64,000 bases of DNA from Anaerolineae bacterium (lineage in GTDB: Bacteria; Chloroflexota; Anaerolineae; B4-G1; SLSP01). Position 1 is the stretch's first letter. Each line of letters begins with the position of its first letter. Under the pieces are notes generated by a model. It saw nothing but the letters and a program-made list of their open reading frames with translations, was not told where the DNA came from and did not search any database. The stretch spans positions 2,751 to 66,750 of the forward strand of contig DAOTTS010000056.1 in assembly GCA_034437735.1 (NCBI GenBank), in the 5' to 3' direction. Made by a program: the position numbers and the translations under genes. This document shows, piece after piece, positions 11,358 to 22,028 of this stretch.

Positions 11358-11396
11358 CCAGCTAGCGGACATACAGACGGTACGTGATCTCCGCTT

Positions 11397-11430
11397 GAAG
11401 CGCGCCCTGATCCGTTCTCGGGCGCGCTTC
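11397..11430. terminator. Strong hairpin between convergent dgoD and the MFS gene: 11-bp perfect stem GAAGCGCGCCC/GGGCGCGCTTC with a 12-nt loop
   Basis: Perfect GC-rich inverted repeat seen in the sequence. The downstream T content is weak, so it may act in either direction. Confidence 0.45.
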
Positions 11431-11576
11431 ACCGTTTCCACGACTGGCCGAAGAAATCATGGACGCGATAGCGCAAGCACCCGCCACGATTGAAATCCGT
11501 GGCTGCATAGCCCACGTCGACTCAAAGTCGACTCTCTTCACCGCATCCCTAGTCGACTTCCAGTCGACGTCTACTC

Positions 11577-12959
11577 CTATCCTGTGAATTCATTCGCAGG
11601 CTTCTTCCGCATCGAGAGCGCCGTGACCGCCCCGACCGCCCCAACCCCAATCGTCGAGGCAAAGGCCAGGCGATAGCTGACTAACACCGTCGTCCCCTGA
11701 TCCAGCAGCGCCTGCAGCAACACACCGACCACAGCGGTACCCAGCATCATACCCCAGAAGCGGATCATACTGTAAAGGCCGGCCGCCGCGCCGCCGCGTC
11801 CACCTTCCGAACCGCTCATCGCACCCCGATGCAGCGCCGGGAGCACGACCCCCGCCCCCAACCCATTCAAGACCAGCCCTAACACCACCCAAGCCACACG
11901 CTGCCCCGAGATAACCAGCAACACGACACTGCCGGCCTGCACACTCATGCCCAGGGTCATAGGCAGCCGGATCCCCCAACGATCGGCGATCCTACCCCCG
12001 AAGTACATCGTAGGAAAAAGGCCCGCCGACCGGATCATAGAGATGACACCAATCGCTGTGGCATTGAGCTCCTGAAGATCCGCCAAGTAAAGGGGCGTGA
12101 GAAAGGAGATCCCGCTCATCACGAACATCCGCATCGCCGCGACAAGACAGACCTTGAGATACGTAGCGTCCGAGAGGAGAGCCAGGTCGATAAACGGCAT
12201 ATCCCTCCGCCGTTCGTGCCGAACAAAGCCAACCAGCACAACAATCATGGCCAGCAGCAAACGCCAATCGGTGAAGGGTTGCCGGCCCGTAACTGGCCGG
12301 CTGGTGATGTAAAAGAGCAGCAGGGCTAACGTCGCCGAGAGCAGAAGCACCCCAGGCCAATCAAAGGCAAGCAGGTCGCGCACCTGCGATCGTGCCTCAG
12401 CGGATTGAACGGTTCGAGATACCATCATGATCGCCACAATCCCCGCCAACACCGGGACGAAAAACGTAAAGCGCCATCCCACCGCGTCGATAATCACACC
12501 ACCGACCAGCGAGCCGGTTACGGAGGCAATGGGTCCGATGGAGTTCCAGCGCCCCAACGCATGACCCCGCGTCTCAAGGGAAAAGATGTCGGTAATCATC
12601 GCAATGGCCAGGGGGGCCATACCGCTGGCCCCCAACCCCTGAATAAAGCGCCCTACGAGCAAAAGCGGCAAACTTTGCGACAGCGCATTTACAAAGGAGC
12701 CAAGAAGAAATACCCCCATCCCCAACACCAACATCCGCCGGATCCCCAGATCATCACCCAGACGACCGTAAAGGGGCATCATCGCGACGTAGGGCAACAT
12801 GTAGACCGTGATCACCCACGCCATCAGGTCGGCGGGCGCGTCGAAATTTGCGCGAATGGCAGGCAGGGCGACGTTGACGATGGACAGATTGAGCACCACC
12901 ATGCATTGGGGAAGCATCAGCGCGAAGAGCATCCGCTGTTTCTGCCGGCTCCTACTCAT
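11577..12959 (-). CDS. MFS transporter (DHA2-like, about 14 TM)
   Basis: 460 aa with the MFS signature G-R-L-G-D (YGRLGDDLGIRR) and multiple TM helices. Confidence 0.85.
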   Translation of the reverse strand: MSRSRQKQRMLFALMLPQCMVVLNLSIVNVALPAIRANFDAPADLMAWVITVYMLPYVAMMPLYGRLGDDLGIRRMLVLGMGVFLLGSFVNALSQSLPLLLVGRFIQGLGASGMAPLAIAMITDIFSLETRGHALGRWNSIGPIASVTGSLVGGVIIDAVGWRFTFFVPVLAGIVAIMMVSRTVQSAEARSQVRDLLAFDWPGVLLLSATLALLLFYITSRPVTGRQPFTDWRLLLAMIVVLVGFVRHERRRDMPFIDLALLSDATYLKVCLVAAMRMFVMSGISFLTPLYLADLQELNATAIGVISMIRSAGLFPTMYFGGRIADRWGIRLPMTLGMSVQAGSVVLLVISGQRVAWVVLGLVLNGLGAGVVLPALHRGAMSGSEGGRGGAAAGLYSMIRFWGMMLGTAVVGVLLQALLDQGTTVLVSYRLAFASTIGVGAVGAVTALSMRKKPANEFTG

Positions 12960-12975
12960 AGGTCGGTTCCTAATT

Positions 12976-14138
12976 TCACTCTACAACCTCAAGCGGCAGA
13001 TCCACCCACCGCCGGTCGTCCGCCGAGCGCAGCACCGCGTCCAGCACCTCCTGAGCCCGCATCCCATCGTGGAACGTCGGCAACAGCGGCGCCTCCTCGC
13101 CCCATATGGCCGCGACGAACGCGGGCATGAAGCTCCGCGTGGGATTCCCTTGACGGGCGCCGGGCACAGCATTCAGGAAGCGGCGCGGTACCGGGATCAC
13201 CGGATATGGCTCCTCCTCGCGGTAGATCCCCCACATCGGATCGTAGAGGCCGTAGCCCGCGCAGAGGTCTACCATCTCCTTGCCGATGCAGGCGCGCAGC
13301 TCGTAGGGTCGCGCCTGGTCGTAGAGCAGCGCGCCCTCACTTCCATAAACCTCAATGCGCTGATCGAAGTTACGTCCCGTGATGGCGCTGCTGTGACTGA
13401 AGATCGCCGCAGTCTCCCCCTCCATATCAGCCAGGAAAGCCGCTGCATCCTCGATGTCCACGTCGGCCCACTCTCCGGTATCGGCCCAGCGCCGGCGCTT
13501 GACGAACGTCCGCGTCTGCGCGCAGACCGCCGTGATCTCCTTACCGGTCCACCAGCGGACCATATCGACCATGTGCGGTCCGAGCTCAAACAGCGGCCCC
13601 CCGCCGGTGACCGCCCTGGTTTGCCTCGGAGTCTGCGCGCGATCGGCAAATCCGGCGTGCCCCATCGAGTAGATCGCCATCACCTGGTAGACCTCCCCGA
13701 GCGCCCCGGAGCTGATCAAGTCATGAGCCATATGGGCAGCCGGCGTCAACCGATGAGTGAACCCCACGCCGGTCTGAATCCCGGCGGCGTCGGCGGCCTC
13801 AAACATCTCCCGAGCGAGAGGATAAGTCAGAGCTAACGGCTTCTCACAGAAGACGTGCTTACCCTGCGCGATCGCCGCCATCGAGATCGGATGATGGGTA
13901 TTGGGATAGGTACAGACATCGACGGCGTCCAGGTCTTCATAGCGCACCAGTTCTTCGTAATCGGTGGTCAGGCGTGAGACGCCGTGCTTCTCCCCCATCG
14001 CCGCCAGCGCCTCTTCATTGACGTCACAGAATGCGGCCAGTTCGACGTTGTCGCAGAGCCTATATCCCGGGATGTGCTGCCCTCGGGCGATACCGCCCAA
14101 TCCAACCAGTCCTACTCGAAGGGTCTCTTGTCGTGTCA
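12976..14138 (-). CDS. Gfo/Idh/MocA family NAD(P)-dependent oxidoreductase
   Basis: N-terminal LRVGLVGLGGIARGQH Rossmann motif and EKPLA block. The start is chosen at ATG 14138 (MTRQETL), preceded by GGGAGAAGG. Confidence 0.8.
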
Positions 14139-14393
14139 TTTGCCTTCTCCCTTTCCCTATCGACAACGGAACCAACGTTCGTGTACGACTATAGACACGG
14201 GCTGAAGGTTGTCAAGGACGCGCTTCATCAAGAGATCAAAAGTTTGGGTCGATTCACAGGACATCACCACCGAAAAAGCGAAACCTTTACTGATCCGGAC
14301 ACAAAACGCTAAACTTTTCAACTGTGCCCATGACAAAGCAGAAACGCTTTAGTTATTCACGTCCGAATCAGTAATCTCTCTGCCGGAGCATCC

Positions 14394-14422
14394 TTGACAA
14401 AATCCAAGGGCTCCTCTACATT
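14394..14422 (+). promoter_or_regulatory. Sigma70-like promoter TTGACA-17-TACATT upstream of the 14471 operon
   Basis: Near-consensus -35 and -10 hexamers with a 17-bp spacer, about 49 bp before the ATG. Confidence 0.35.
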
Positions 14423-14470
14423 GGAAGCGCTTCGAATTCAATCACTCACTTTCCCTGAAAGGAGTCTCGT

Positions 14471-15310
14471 ATGCACACCATCGCCCTATTTGGTGCGGCC
14501 GGTAAGATCGGCGCGCGCATCGCTGAGAAGCTCCGCGACGACCTCGAGGTCAACACCCTCTACGTCGAGAAAGGCGAGGCCGGCCTGACCCGACTTCGCG
14601 AGCGCGGGCTCTCCCCTACCCCTCAGGCGGAGGCCGTCCAACGGGCGGACGCCGTCGTGCTGGCGATCCCCGACACCCTGATCGGCACCGTCGCCCACGC
14701 GATCGTGCCCAAACTCAACCCGGGCACCCTGGTGATGCTCCTCGATCCGGCTGCAGCCCACGGCGGGGAACTTCCGGAGCGGGAGGACGTTGCCTATTTC
14801 GTCGTCCATCCGTGCCATCCGCCCCTGATCAACGACGAGAGCACACCCAAGGCACGCGAGGACTTCTTCGGCGGCATCGCCAAGCAGGCCATCGTCTGCG
14901 CCCTGATGCAGGGATCCGATGCGGACGACGACAAGGGCGAGTGGATCGCGCGCAAGATGTTCGCCCCCATCCTCCGGGCCCACCGCATCACCGTCGAAGA
15001 GATGGCGATCCTGGAGCCCGCCATGGCCGAGACGGTGATCCTCACCTGTATGAGTGTGATTAAAGAAGCCATCGATGAGGCCGTAAACCGGGGCGTCCCC
15101 AAGGAAGTCGCATACGATTTCGCACTGGGCCACCTACGGGTCAACCTGGGCATTCTCTTCAACTACATCGACGCCGAGATCTCCGAAGGGGCTAAATTGG
15201 CCCTCGAACGCGCCAGGCGCGAGATTATGCAGCCGGACTGGAAGAAGGTCTTCGAACCGGAGAACGTCAAGGCGCAGGTCGAGGCCATCGTCAGCGGCCG
15301 CCAGCCATGA
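14471..15310 (+). CDS. NAD(P)-binding oxidoreductase (6PGDH/ProC-like NAD-binding Rossmann domain)
   Basis: N-terminal IALFGAAGKIGARIAEKL dinucleotide-binding motif. RBS AAAGGAG. Confidence 0.5.
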   Translation: MHTIALFGAAGKIGARIAEKLRDDLEVNTLYVEKGEAGLTRLRERGLSPTPQAEAVQRADAVVLAIPDTLIGTVAHAIVPKLNPGTLVMLLDPAAAHGGELPEREDVAYFVVHPCHPPLINDESTPKAREDFFGGIAKQAIVCALMQGSDADDDKGEWIARKMFAPILRAHRITVEEMAILEPAMAETVILTCMSVIKEAIDEAVNRGVPKEVAYDFALGHLRVNLGILFNYIDAEISEGAKLALERARREIMQPDWKKVFEPENVKAQVEAIVSGRQP

Positions 15311-16119
15311 AGCTGGGCATCAGCTCCTATACCTTCGCGTGGGCCATCGGTGTGCCGGGATACGAACCCGAAAAGCCGATGACCGCGCCGGATTTATTGG
15401 GCCAAGCGAACGCGCTCGGCGTCAACGTCGTCCAGATCGCCGACAACCTACCTCTTCATCGCATGGCGTCTGCGGCACTCAGCGCACTAACCGATCGCGC
15501 AACTGAGGATGGCATCCATCTCGAAGTCGGCACCCGAGGGATCGCGCCGGATCACCTGCGCACCTATCTCGACCTCGCTGTCCAGCTTGGATCGCCGATC
15601 CTGCGCGTCGTCACGGATACGGTTGATCATCAACCCGCCGAGGACGAAATCGTGGCGACGATCCGCGCGTTCCTCCCGGCGCTCGCGGAAGCCAGCGTGA
15701 CCCTGGCGATCGAGAATCACGATCGTTTCGCCAGCCATATACTGGTCGACATCCTCCAGCGCATCGACAGCGAGCACGTGGGCATCTGCCTCGACACCGT
15801 CAACTCCTTCGGCGCGCTGGAGGGGCCGGAACGCGTCGTCGAGACCCTCGGCCCGTGGACCGTCAACCTGCACGTCAAGGACTTCACCATCTCCCGCGCC
15901 TCCCACCAGATGGGCTTTACCATCGAGGGACGTCCGGCGGGCCAAGGGCGCCTGGACGTGCCGTGGCTGTTGAGCCGGCTGCGGTCGATGGATCGCGACG
16001 TCAACGCCATCCTGGAGCTCTGGACCCCGCCCGAGCCCACGCCGGCCGACACTATCGCCAAGGAGCAAGCCTGGGCCGCTGAGAGCGTCGCCTACCTACG
16101 CACCCTGATTCCCAACTGA
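15307..16119 (+). CDS. Sugar phosphate isomerase/epimerase (xylose-isomerase-like TIM barrel)
   Basis: Its start overlaps the upstream stop (ATGA). It has AIENHD and HVKD-like blocks typical of the AP-endonuclease-2/xylose-isomerase TIM barrel fold. Confidence 0.75.
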   Translation: MKLGISSYTFAWAIGVPGYEPEKPMTAPDLLGQANALGVNVVQIADNLPLHRMASAALSALTDRATEDGIHLEVGTRGIAPDHLRTYLDLAVQLGSPILRVVTDTVDHQPAEDEIVATIRAFLPALAEASVTLAIENHDRFASHILVDILQRIDSEHVGICLDTVNSFGALEGPERVVETLGPWTVNLHVKDFTISRASHQMGFTIEGRPAGQGRLDVPWLLSRLRSMDRDVNAILELWTPPEPTPADTIAKEQAWAAESVAYLRTLIPN

Positions 16120-16171
16120 CCGTTGAGGTGCTTTGCACCGGATTGTGACACAAAGACACAGCGGAGGAATG

Positions 16172-18106
16172 ATGTTACCCAAGTACGTACGCTACGACGG
16201 ACGCGATGCGCCCCCACCCGCGCCCATCCCGCTCCGCGCCGGCCCCCTCTCCCTGATGATGCTCGACGGCGACCTGCGGTACATTCAACTGGGTGAGGAT
16301 GAGATCCTAAGACGGATCTACGTCGCCGTCCGGGACTCCAACTGGGGCACGGTACCGGGGACCCTCACCCACCTGGAGATAGACGTCCAGGAGCGCGCCT
16401 TCCACATCACCTACGACGTGGAACACCGGGAGGGACCGATCGACGTCGTCTGGCACGCCGTCCTCGACGGACAGACCGACGGCACGATCACCTTCACCAT
16501 GGACGGTACCGCCCGCTCCACCTTCCGCCAGAACCGCATCGGCTTCTGCGTGCTCCACCCGATGACGTGCGCGGGACAGCCGTGCCACGTGACGCATCCG
16601 GACGACACCGAGAGCCGAGGGCGATTCCCCTGGCTGATTGCACCCCACCAGCCCTTTAAAGACATCCGCGCCATCTCGCACCGGGTTGAGCCGGACGTCT
16701 GGGCCCAGGTCACCTTCGAGGGCGACGTCTTCGAGATGGAGGATCAGCGCAACTGGACCGATGCCTCCTATAAGACCTACAGCACCCCGCTGGCACGCCC
16801 CTTCCCGGTGACCGTCGAGGCCGGCACGAGGATCACGCAGACGGTCACGCTGCGGCTGGAAGGGACACCGTCGCGGTCGGCAGATCACGCGCGCCCCGAA
16901 CTGTTAGCGGTCCAGGTTGCCGGCGACGCCGTCGGTCCCCTTCCCCATCTGGGCTTAGGCGCAGCCAGCCACGGCGAACCGCTCTCGGACCGTGAGTTGG
17001 ACACCCTCAAGGCGCTCAACCTCCACCACCTGCGGGTGGATCTCCACCTGAGCGAGCCGGACGTCATCGACGACCTGGCGCAAGCCGCATCCCAGGCTGA
17101 GGCTTTGGGCGTAGATCTGGAGGCAGCGGTCTTCTTCTCAGAGGATCGGGGGGCAGAGCTGGCCCGTTTAATCGAGGGGCTCGAAGCCATCCGCCCCCCG
17201 GTCGCCCATTGGCTGATCTTCGACGAGGACGAGGCCACCACGCCGGCCTCCCTGATCTGGGATGTCCGCCCTCACCTCGAAGCCTATCGACCGGACGCGC
17301 CGGTCGGCGGTGGCACCAACGCCTACTTCACCGAACTCAACCGCACCCGTCCTCCGGTAGACGTTCTGGACCTGATCGGTTACGCCCTGAACCCGCAGGT
17401 CCACGCCTTCGACAACCTCTCGCTGGTCGAGGCGCTGAAGACGCAGGGCGTCACCGTCACAAGCGCCCGCGCCTTCACCGGCGACCGCCCGCTGGTCATC
17501 ACCCCGGTGACGCTCAAGCCGAGGTTCAATCCCAACGCAACGGGACCGGAATCGGAGCCCGGGGAGGGCGAACTTCCGCCCCAGGTCGACGTGCGGCAGA
17601 TGTCGCTCCTCGGGGCGGGGTGGACCCTGGGCAGCCTGAAATATCTGGCGGAGGCCGGCGTCCACAGCGCGACCTATTATGAGACCACCGGCTGGCGCGG
17701 CGTGATGGCCCGTGCGGAGGGATGGCCGCTGCCTGCAGCGTTCCCGGCCCCTGCCGGATCGGTTTATCCCCTCTATCACGTACTGCGCTGGATCGGGCAG
17801 TTCGCCGATGGGAAGGTCATACCGGCGACCGCCAACGACCGGCTCCGGGTCGACGCCCTGGCGCTCCGGCGGGACGATCAACGCCGCATTCTGCTGGCAA
17901 ACATGACCGGAGACGAGATCTCCGTGACGGTCCAGGGGTTGGGACCTGACGTCTCGTTGCACCGCCTGGACGAGACGACCGCCACCGAGGCGATGATACA
18001 GCCCCAGGTATTTCAGGAACGGCGCGGAGAGCAGCGGGCGACCCTCGGCGGCGCGCTGCCCCTCACGCTCCTCCCCTACGCCGTCATCTGTCTGGACAGC
18101 TCATAG
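16172..18106 (+). CDS. Hypothetical protein, 644 aa
   Basis: Long ORF with GC3-rich codon usage like its neighbours. The start is placed at ATG 16172, 4 nt after GGAGG. No family was recognised. Confidence 0.5.
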   Translation: MLPKYVRYDGRDAPPPAPIPLRAGPLSLMMLDGDLRYIQLGEDEILRRIYVAVRDSNWGTVPGTLTHLEIDVQERAFHITYDVEHREGPIDVVWHAVLDGQTDGTITFTMDGTARSTFRQNRIGFCVLHPMTCAGQPCHVTHPDDTESRGRFPWLIAPHQPFKDIRAISHRVEPDVWAQVTFEGDVFEMEDQRNWTDASYKTYSTPLARPFPVTVEAGTRITQTVTLRLEGTPSRSADHARPELLAVQVAGDAVGPLPHLGLGAASHGEPLSDRELDTLKALNLHHLRVDLHLSEPDVIDDLAQAASQAEALGVDLEAAVFFSEDRGAELARLIEGLEAIRPPVAHWLIFDEDEATTPASLIWDVRPHLEAYRPDAPVGGGTNAYFTELNRTRPPVDVLDLIGYALNPQVHAFDNLSLVEALKTQGVTVTSARAFTGDRPLVITPVTLKPRFNPNATGPESEPGEGELPPQVDVRQMSLLGAGWTLGSLKYLAEAGVHSATYYETTGWRGVMARAEGWPLPAAFPAPAGSVYPLYHVLRWIGQFADGKVIPATANDRLRVDALALRRDDQRRILLANMTGDEISVTVQGLGPDVSLHRLDETTATEAMIQPQVFQERRGEQRATLGGALPLTLLPYAVICLDSS

Positions 18107-18166
18107 CTCACAGATCAACCCGGATGGTCCAATCCGTGAGCTATGCCGCTATCAGGTACGGAGGCC

Positions 18167-18949
18167 TTACGTGCCTAGAATTTCACGGACGACCGCCGCG
18201 TTCTCCTCGACCATATCGTCCTGATCGCCCCGGTGCATCCCGACGTTGACGACGTCCGTCGGCTTGATCTCCTCAAACGCGTATTCGAACGCCATCCGCG
18301 CGTCGATCCGCCCGGCGCCCATGATCTTGTACCCAATGCAGGGCTTCTCGATACGGCGGATCACATCGACCGCCGCGCTCATATCCGCAAGCCGGAACTT
18401 CTCGCCCGCGCCGTCGTGCAGGCTGCCGCAATTGAAGAAGCAGACCGCGTGGAAGTCGACGAGGTCGAGGCTGTCCACCCAGAGGTGCGCCGCCGGCGCG
18501 TGACCGGCGACCCCGATGGGCAGCCCGTGTTGGCGGGCGGTCTCCACCCAGCCTTCCAGCGTCTCAAGATCCTGACGCCGGTAGAGGTCGTCGACCAAGC
18601 CGCCGTGGAAGTAGAACGCGCTGCATCCGATATCCACCGCCTCCTGCACAGCCTCCGCCATGTCCGGCTTCGTCCGGCAGTTGAGCTGCGCAATCCACTG
18701 CAAGCCCCCACCGTCTGCCAAGTACTCGGTCACCGCCTGCAGTACGTGGGGCGTCTCGTTATTGGCGATCATTGTGTTGATGCCCGCAGCCTCCGCCCGC
18801 GCCCAGGTCTCCTTGATGCGGGAAATGGTGTAGTAGGTGCGCATGACCTCGTCGCGCTCCGGGTTCTGATGGCTGTACCCGCCGAACGGATTCGCGCCGA
18901 GGATCAACCGTGTGACGTTAAGACTGCAGAAATCAACCTTAGGTAGCAT
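18167..18949 (-). CDS. Hypothetical protein, 260 aa
   Basis: ORF with native codon usage. No family recognised. Confidence 0.45.
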   Translation of the reverse strand: MLPKVDFCSLNVTRLILGANPFGGYSHQNPERDEVMRTYYTISRIKETWARAEAAGINTMIANNETPHVLQAVTEYLADGGGLQWIAQLNCRTKPDMAEAVQEAVDIGCSAFYFHGGLVDDLYRRQDLETLEGWVETARQHGLPIGVAGHAPAAHLWVDSLDLVDFHAVCFFNCGSLHDGAGEKFRLADMSAAVDVIRRIEKPCIGYKIMGAGRIDARMAFEYAFEEIKPTDVVNVGMHRGDQDDMVEENAAVVREILGT

Positions 18950-19013
18950 TCCTTACTCCTCCATATATCATTCACATCGCTCATAGTCGTACTCAAGTCA
19001 ACGCTCGTTAGGT

Positions 19014-20312
19014 CTAGCCCTCATCCATCAACCGCAGGGTGACCGCATCCAGGAACTCAGGGATGTCAGAGGGCACCCGTCCGGTCACGATGCGACCGTC
19101 AACGACCGCCGACCAATCGCCGTCGTACGTGCCGCCCATAATGCGGACCGCATCCTTGCTAGCGGCGAACCCGGCGATCCGTTTGCCGTCGACCAGATCG
19201 GCCGCCGCCAGTGGGATCGGCCCGTGGCAGATTGCTGCCAGGATCTTGCCCTCGCGATCGGCCTGCTTCAGGAACTCGACCGGCTCGCCGGCCGCGACCA
19301 TATTCCAGGGGCAGAAGGCGCCCGGAATCTGCACGACGTCGACGTCCTCCAGGTCGACCTCCGCGAGCGGGACAATGTCGTACGCCGTCTCCGGTATCTC
19401 CTGGAAAGGCACCGACACGCCGAAGTTGCCCATCAACACGTCCAATCCCACCATCGGCGGTCTGGACCGCGTCGGGCTTGGGAAGGTTGCGAGGGTGACG
19501 TGCGCGCCCCGGTACAGATACTCCATCACCGGCACGACCAGCTCGATGTCCTCGAAGTCCTCACCGGCGATGATCAGGATCCGTTTTCCATCGAGCACGT
19601 CCTTCCGCTCGGGAACGAACGCCGGATCGAAGGCCTCACAGAGCCCCCGCACGAACGCCGGCGTGTCCACCGTATCCCCGGCGGTGATCACCTGACCATC
19701 CCGCACCACTGGTTGGCTGTCGTACGTGCCGATCTTCTCCAGCATAAAGGCGACCACGCGGTTGCCGGTACATATCTTGCCATCGAGCACTCCGGCTCTG
19801 ATGAGCGGGATGGCACCGCCACCGATAGACCCCACCACGCCGCCTCGGTCGACCACCGCGCAAATGAGGTCGGTCACGCGCGCCTCGGTCACCATCACGT
19901 CGGCGGAATGGCCGCCGGGGACTACCAGCGCGTCATACTCCGACGGATCCGCCGCGCGCAGCGACCGGTAACTGTGCCGGTCCGCGCCCAGCACGGGGAT
20001 CGGATCGACGCCCATCCCCCACATCCCCCGCACGCCCTTATCCCTCACGTAGGGCCGCGTCTCCTTCCAATGGACCCAATCAACGAGCAGGAATTCCACC
20101 TGCGCGCCGAACTCACTGAGATAGGACGCAAGGTAGTAGGCCTGGAAGTCACTGAACTCACTAGCAACCAGCACGCCGACGATCTTGCCCGCCAGCGGTC
20201 CCACAGACTTCGTCTTACCCGTCTCAGGACCCTGCCACGTGAACGCAGTCTCCTCTGAGGCGATCGTAACGCCGGTTTTCTGTGCGATCTTCAGGAATGC
20301 ATGTCGATCCAT
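19014..20312 (-). CDS. DJ-1/PfpI family protein with two tandem class-I glutamine-amidotransferase-like domains
   Basis: 432 aa with two repeats of a DJ-1-like fold (ALVVPGG...; ICHGP nucleophile-elbow-like motif in the second half). RBS GAGGAGGAG. Confidence 0.7.
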   Translation of the reverse strand: MDRHAFLKIAQKTGVTIASEETAFTWQGPETGKTKSVGPLAGKIVGVLVASEFSDFQAYYLASYLSEFGAQVEFLLVDWVHWKETRPYVRDKGVRGMWGMGVDPIPVLGADRHSYRSLRAADPSEYDALVVPGGHSADVMVTEARVTDLICAVVDRGGVVGSIGGGAIPLIRAGVLDGKICTGNRVVAFMLEKIGTYDSQPVVRDGQVITAGDTVDTPAFVRGLCEAFDPAFVPERKDVLDGKRILIIAGEDFEDIELVVPVMEYLYRGAHVTLATFPSPTRSRPPMVGLDVLMGNFGVSVPFQEIPETAYDIVPLAEVDLEDVDVVQIPGAFCPWNMVAAGEPVEFLKQADREGKILAAICHGPIPLAAADLVDGKRIAGFAASKDAVRIMGGTYDGDWSAVVDGRIVTGRVPSDIPEFLDAVTLRLMDEG

Positions 20313-20441
20313 GGCTCCGCTCCTCCTCTCATATCGATATCGGTTGAGGCTCCGGGCTCATCCAGCGAGGCCCGGTGAGAATCTCCGTGAAGCACCTCCA
20401 TTTTAGGAAACGGTCGGTGAATTGTCAAAGAAGAAAGACCT

Positions 20442-21179
20442 TCACTCCACAACCTGTAGGTCGAGCCCACCGACGCCGGCCTTGATGTCCACGGTGAGGG
20501 TGACGTCCGACTCGCCATAGGCCTCATTCACATAAGCGTCACCTTCCCGTGTCATCCCGCTCACGTCGAGCTCGCCCAACGCGCCTTCCACCCGCGCAAT
20601 GACGCCTACGTCGGCGGGCAGCAGCACGTTACCCTCACCCAAACCGCCCCTGAGGGTAACGTCAAGATCCCGCTCGTAGTCACCGTTCAGATCGAGCTCA
20701 ACGCCGCCGACCCCCATCTTCACGTCGAGGGCCGTAAGAGACAGTGACGCCAAATCGAGCGTACTCTCTCCCGCCCCTAATGCGAGGGAAAGGTCCATCA
20801 ACACGCCGTCATTGAAGGCCAGCGTCCACTCATTACGATACGATTCCAAGCCCAAACTCTTGACCTCGGGCTGCTCGATGACCAGCTCACCGTCACCGCC
20901 GCTGCTCACAACGTAATCGAGGGTTGGTTTCCAATCCGCCACGTTGTAGGCAAATTCGGCGTCCACCACGGCATCCGGATCCGAACCGCCCGTGACCTCC
21001 AGCGTCCCGGCCCCCATCCGGACGTCCACGTCAACCGACTCAGCCTCCTTCAACGGGACGACCTCCGATTCCTGGTGAAGCTTACCGGTTCGTGTCCAGC
21101 CACAAGCGCCGACCAACGTGACAACCCCCAAGACCATCCCCATGTTCAGAAACGTACGCCACATCCTTCTCTTGCTCAT
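20442..21179 (-). CDS. Lipoprotein with a repetitive beta-rich 'toast-rack'/DUF4097-like domain
   Basis: Signal peptide plus lipobox (LVGAC). There are repeated G-x-L-x-V/L-D-V strands. The start is at MSKRRMW (ATG 21179, RBS GGAGGAGG). Confidence 0.5.
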   Translation of the reverse strand: MSKRRMWRTFLNMGMVLGVVTLVGACGWTRTGKLHQESEVVPLKEAESVDVDVRMGAGTLEVTGGSDPDAVVDAEFAYNVADWKPTLDYVVSSGGDGELVIEQPEVKSLGLESYRNEWTLAFNDGVLMDLSLALGAGESTLDLASLSLTALDVKMGVGGVELDLNGDYERDLDVTLRGGLGEGNVLLPADVGVIARVEGALGELDVSGMTREGDAYVNEAYGESDVTLTVDIKAGVGGLDLQVVE

Positions 21180-21450
21180 AATCCGCGCCTCCTCCATCGG
21201 TGAATAGCAAAACTTCCGTTCCATTCCACCTCAAGCATAACGCACAGACCTCCCCGGCGTGATAACCGACCGAGGAGGTTTGCGCTCATAAAACGGACAG
21301 TGCTGGCACTGGACGCACGACCAGGAAGCCAAGGTTATGGGCAGGATGTGACGGATTCAGAGGAAAATGCCGGAACCAAGTGATGGTGGTTTTCTTGGGC
21401 CTAGCTGTTACGATTGGCATACGTTGATTAACGCGAAAGGAATAAGCACA

Positions 21451-21933
21451 ATGACGAAGATTTCTGACGGCAAGGCCGTACACATCGACTACACTCTCAC
21501 GGATGACGACGGGCAAGTCCTGGATACGTCCGAGGGTCGTGAGCCCCTGAGCTATCTCCAGGGCGCCAACAATATCATCCCGGGGCTGGAAAATGCCCTG
21601 GAGGGCAAAGAAGCTGGAGACACCCTATCGGTCGTCATCCCGCCCGAGGAAGGGTACGGCACCCGCAGTGACGAGCTGATGATCGCGGTCGATCCCTCCA
21701 ACTTTCCGAACCTCTCCCAGGTGCAGCTGGGCACGCGCGTTCAGGTTCAGACCAACGACGGCGTCCGGCTCGCCACCGTGGTCGGGATGACCGACGAGGC
21801 CGTGACCCTCGATCTGAATCACCCGCTGGCCGGCAAGACCCTCCATTTCGACGTCGAGGTCACGGACGTGCAGGAGGCTTCAGACGAAGAGGTCGAGCAT
21901 GGCCATCTGCATACCGAAGGTCACCAGCACTAA
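21451..21933 (+). CDS. slyD: FKBP-type peptidyl-prolyl cis-trans isomerase SlyD-like, with His-rich tail
   Basis: FKBP domain, IF insert and C-terminal EHGHLHTEGHQH. The start is at MTKISDG with RBS GAAAGGAA. Confidence 0.8.
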   Translation: MTKISDGKAVHIDYTLTDDDGQVLDTSEGREPLSYLQGANNIIPGLENALEGKEAGDTLSVVIPPEEGYGTRSDELMIAVDPSNFPNLSQVQLGTRVQVQTNDGVRLATVVGMTDEAVTLDLNHPLAGKTLHFDVEVTDVQEASDEEVEHGHLHTEGHQH

Positions 21934-22028
21934 CCCCAACGTTCGCGTAACACAGAAAGGTGCCTGGGCCTGCAATAGGTCCAGGCACCTCTGTCTTTAT
22001 CCGAGATCCACCTGATTCCGCGTATCTT

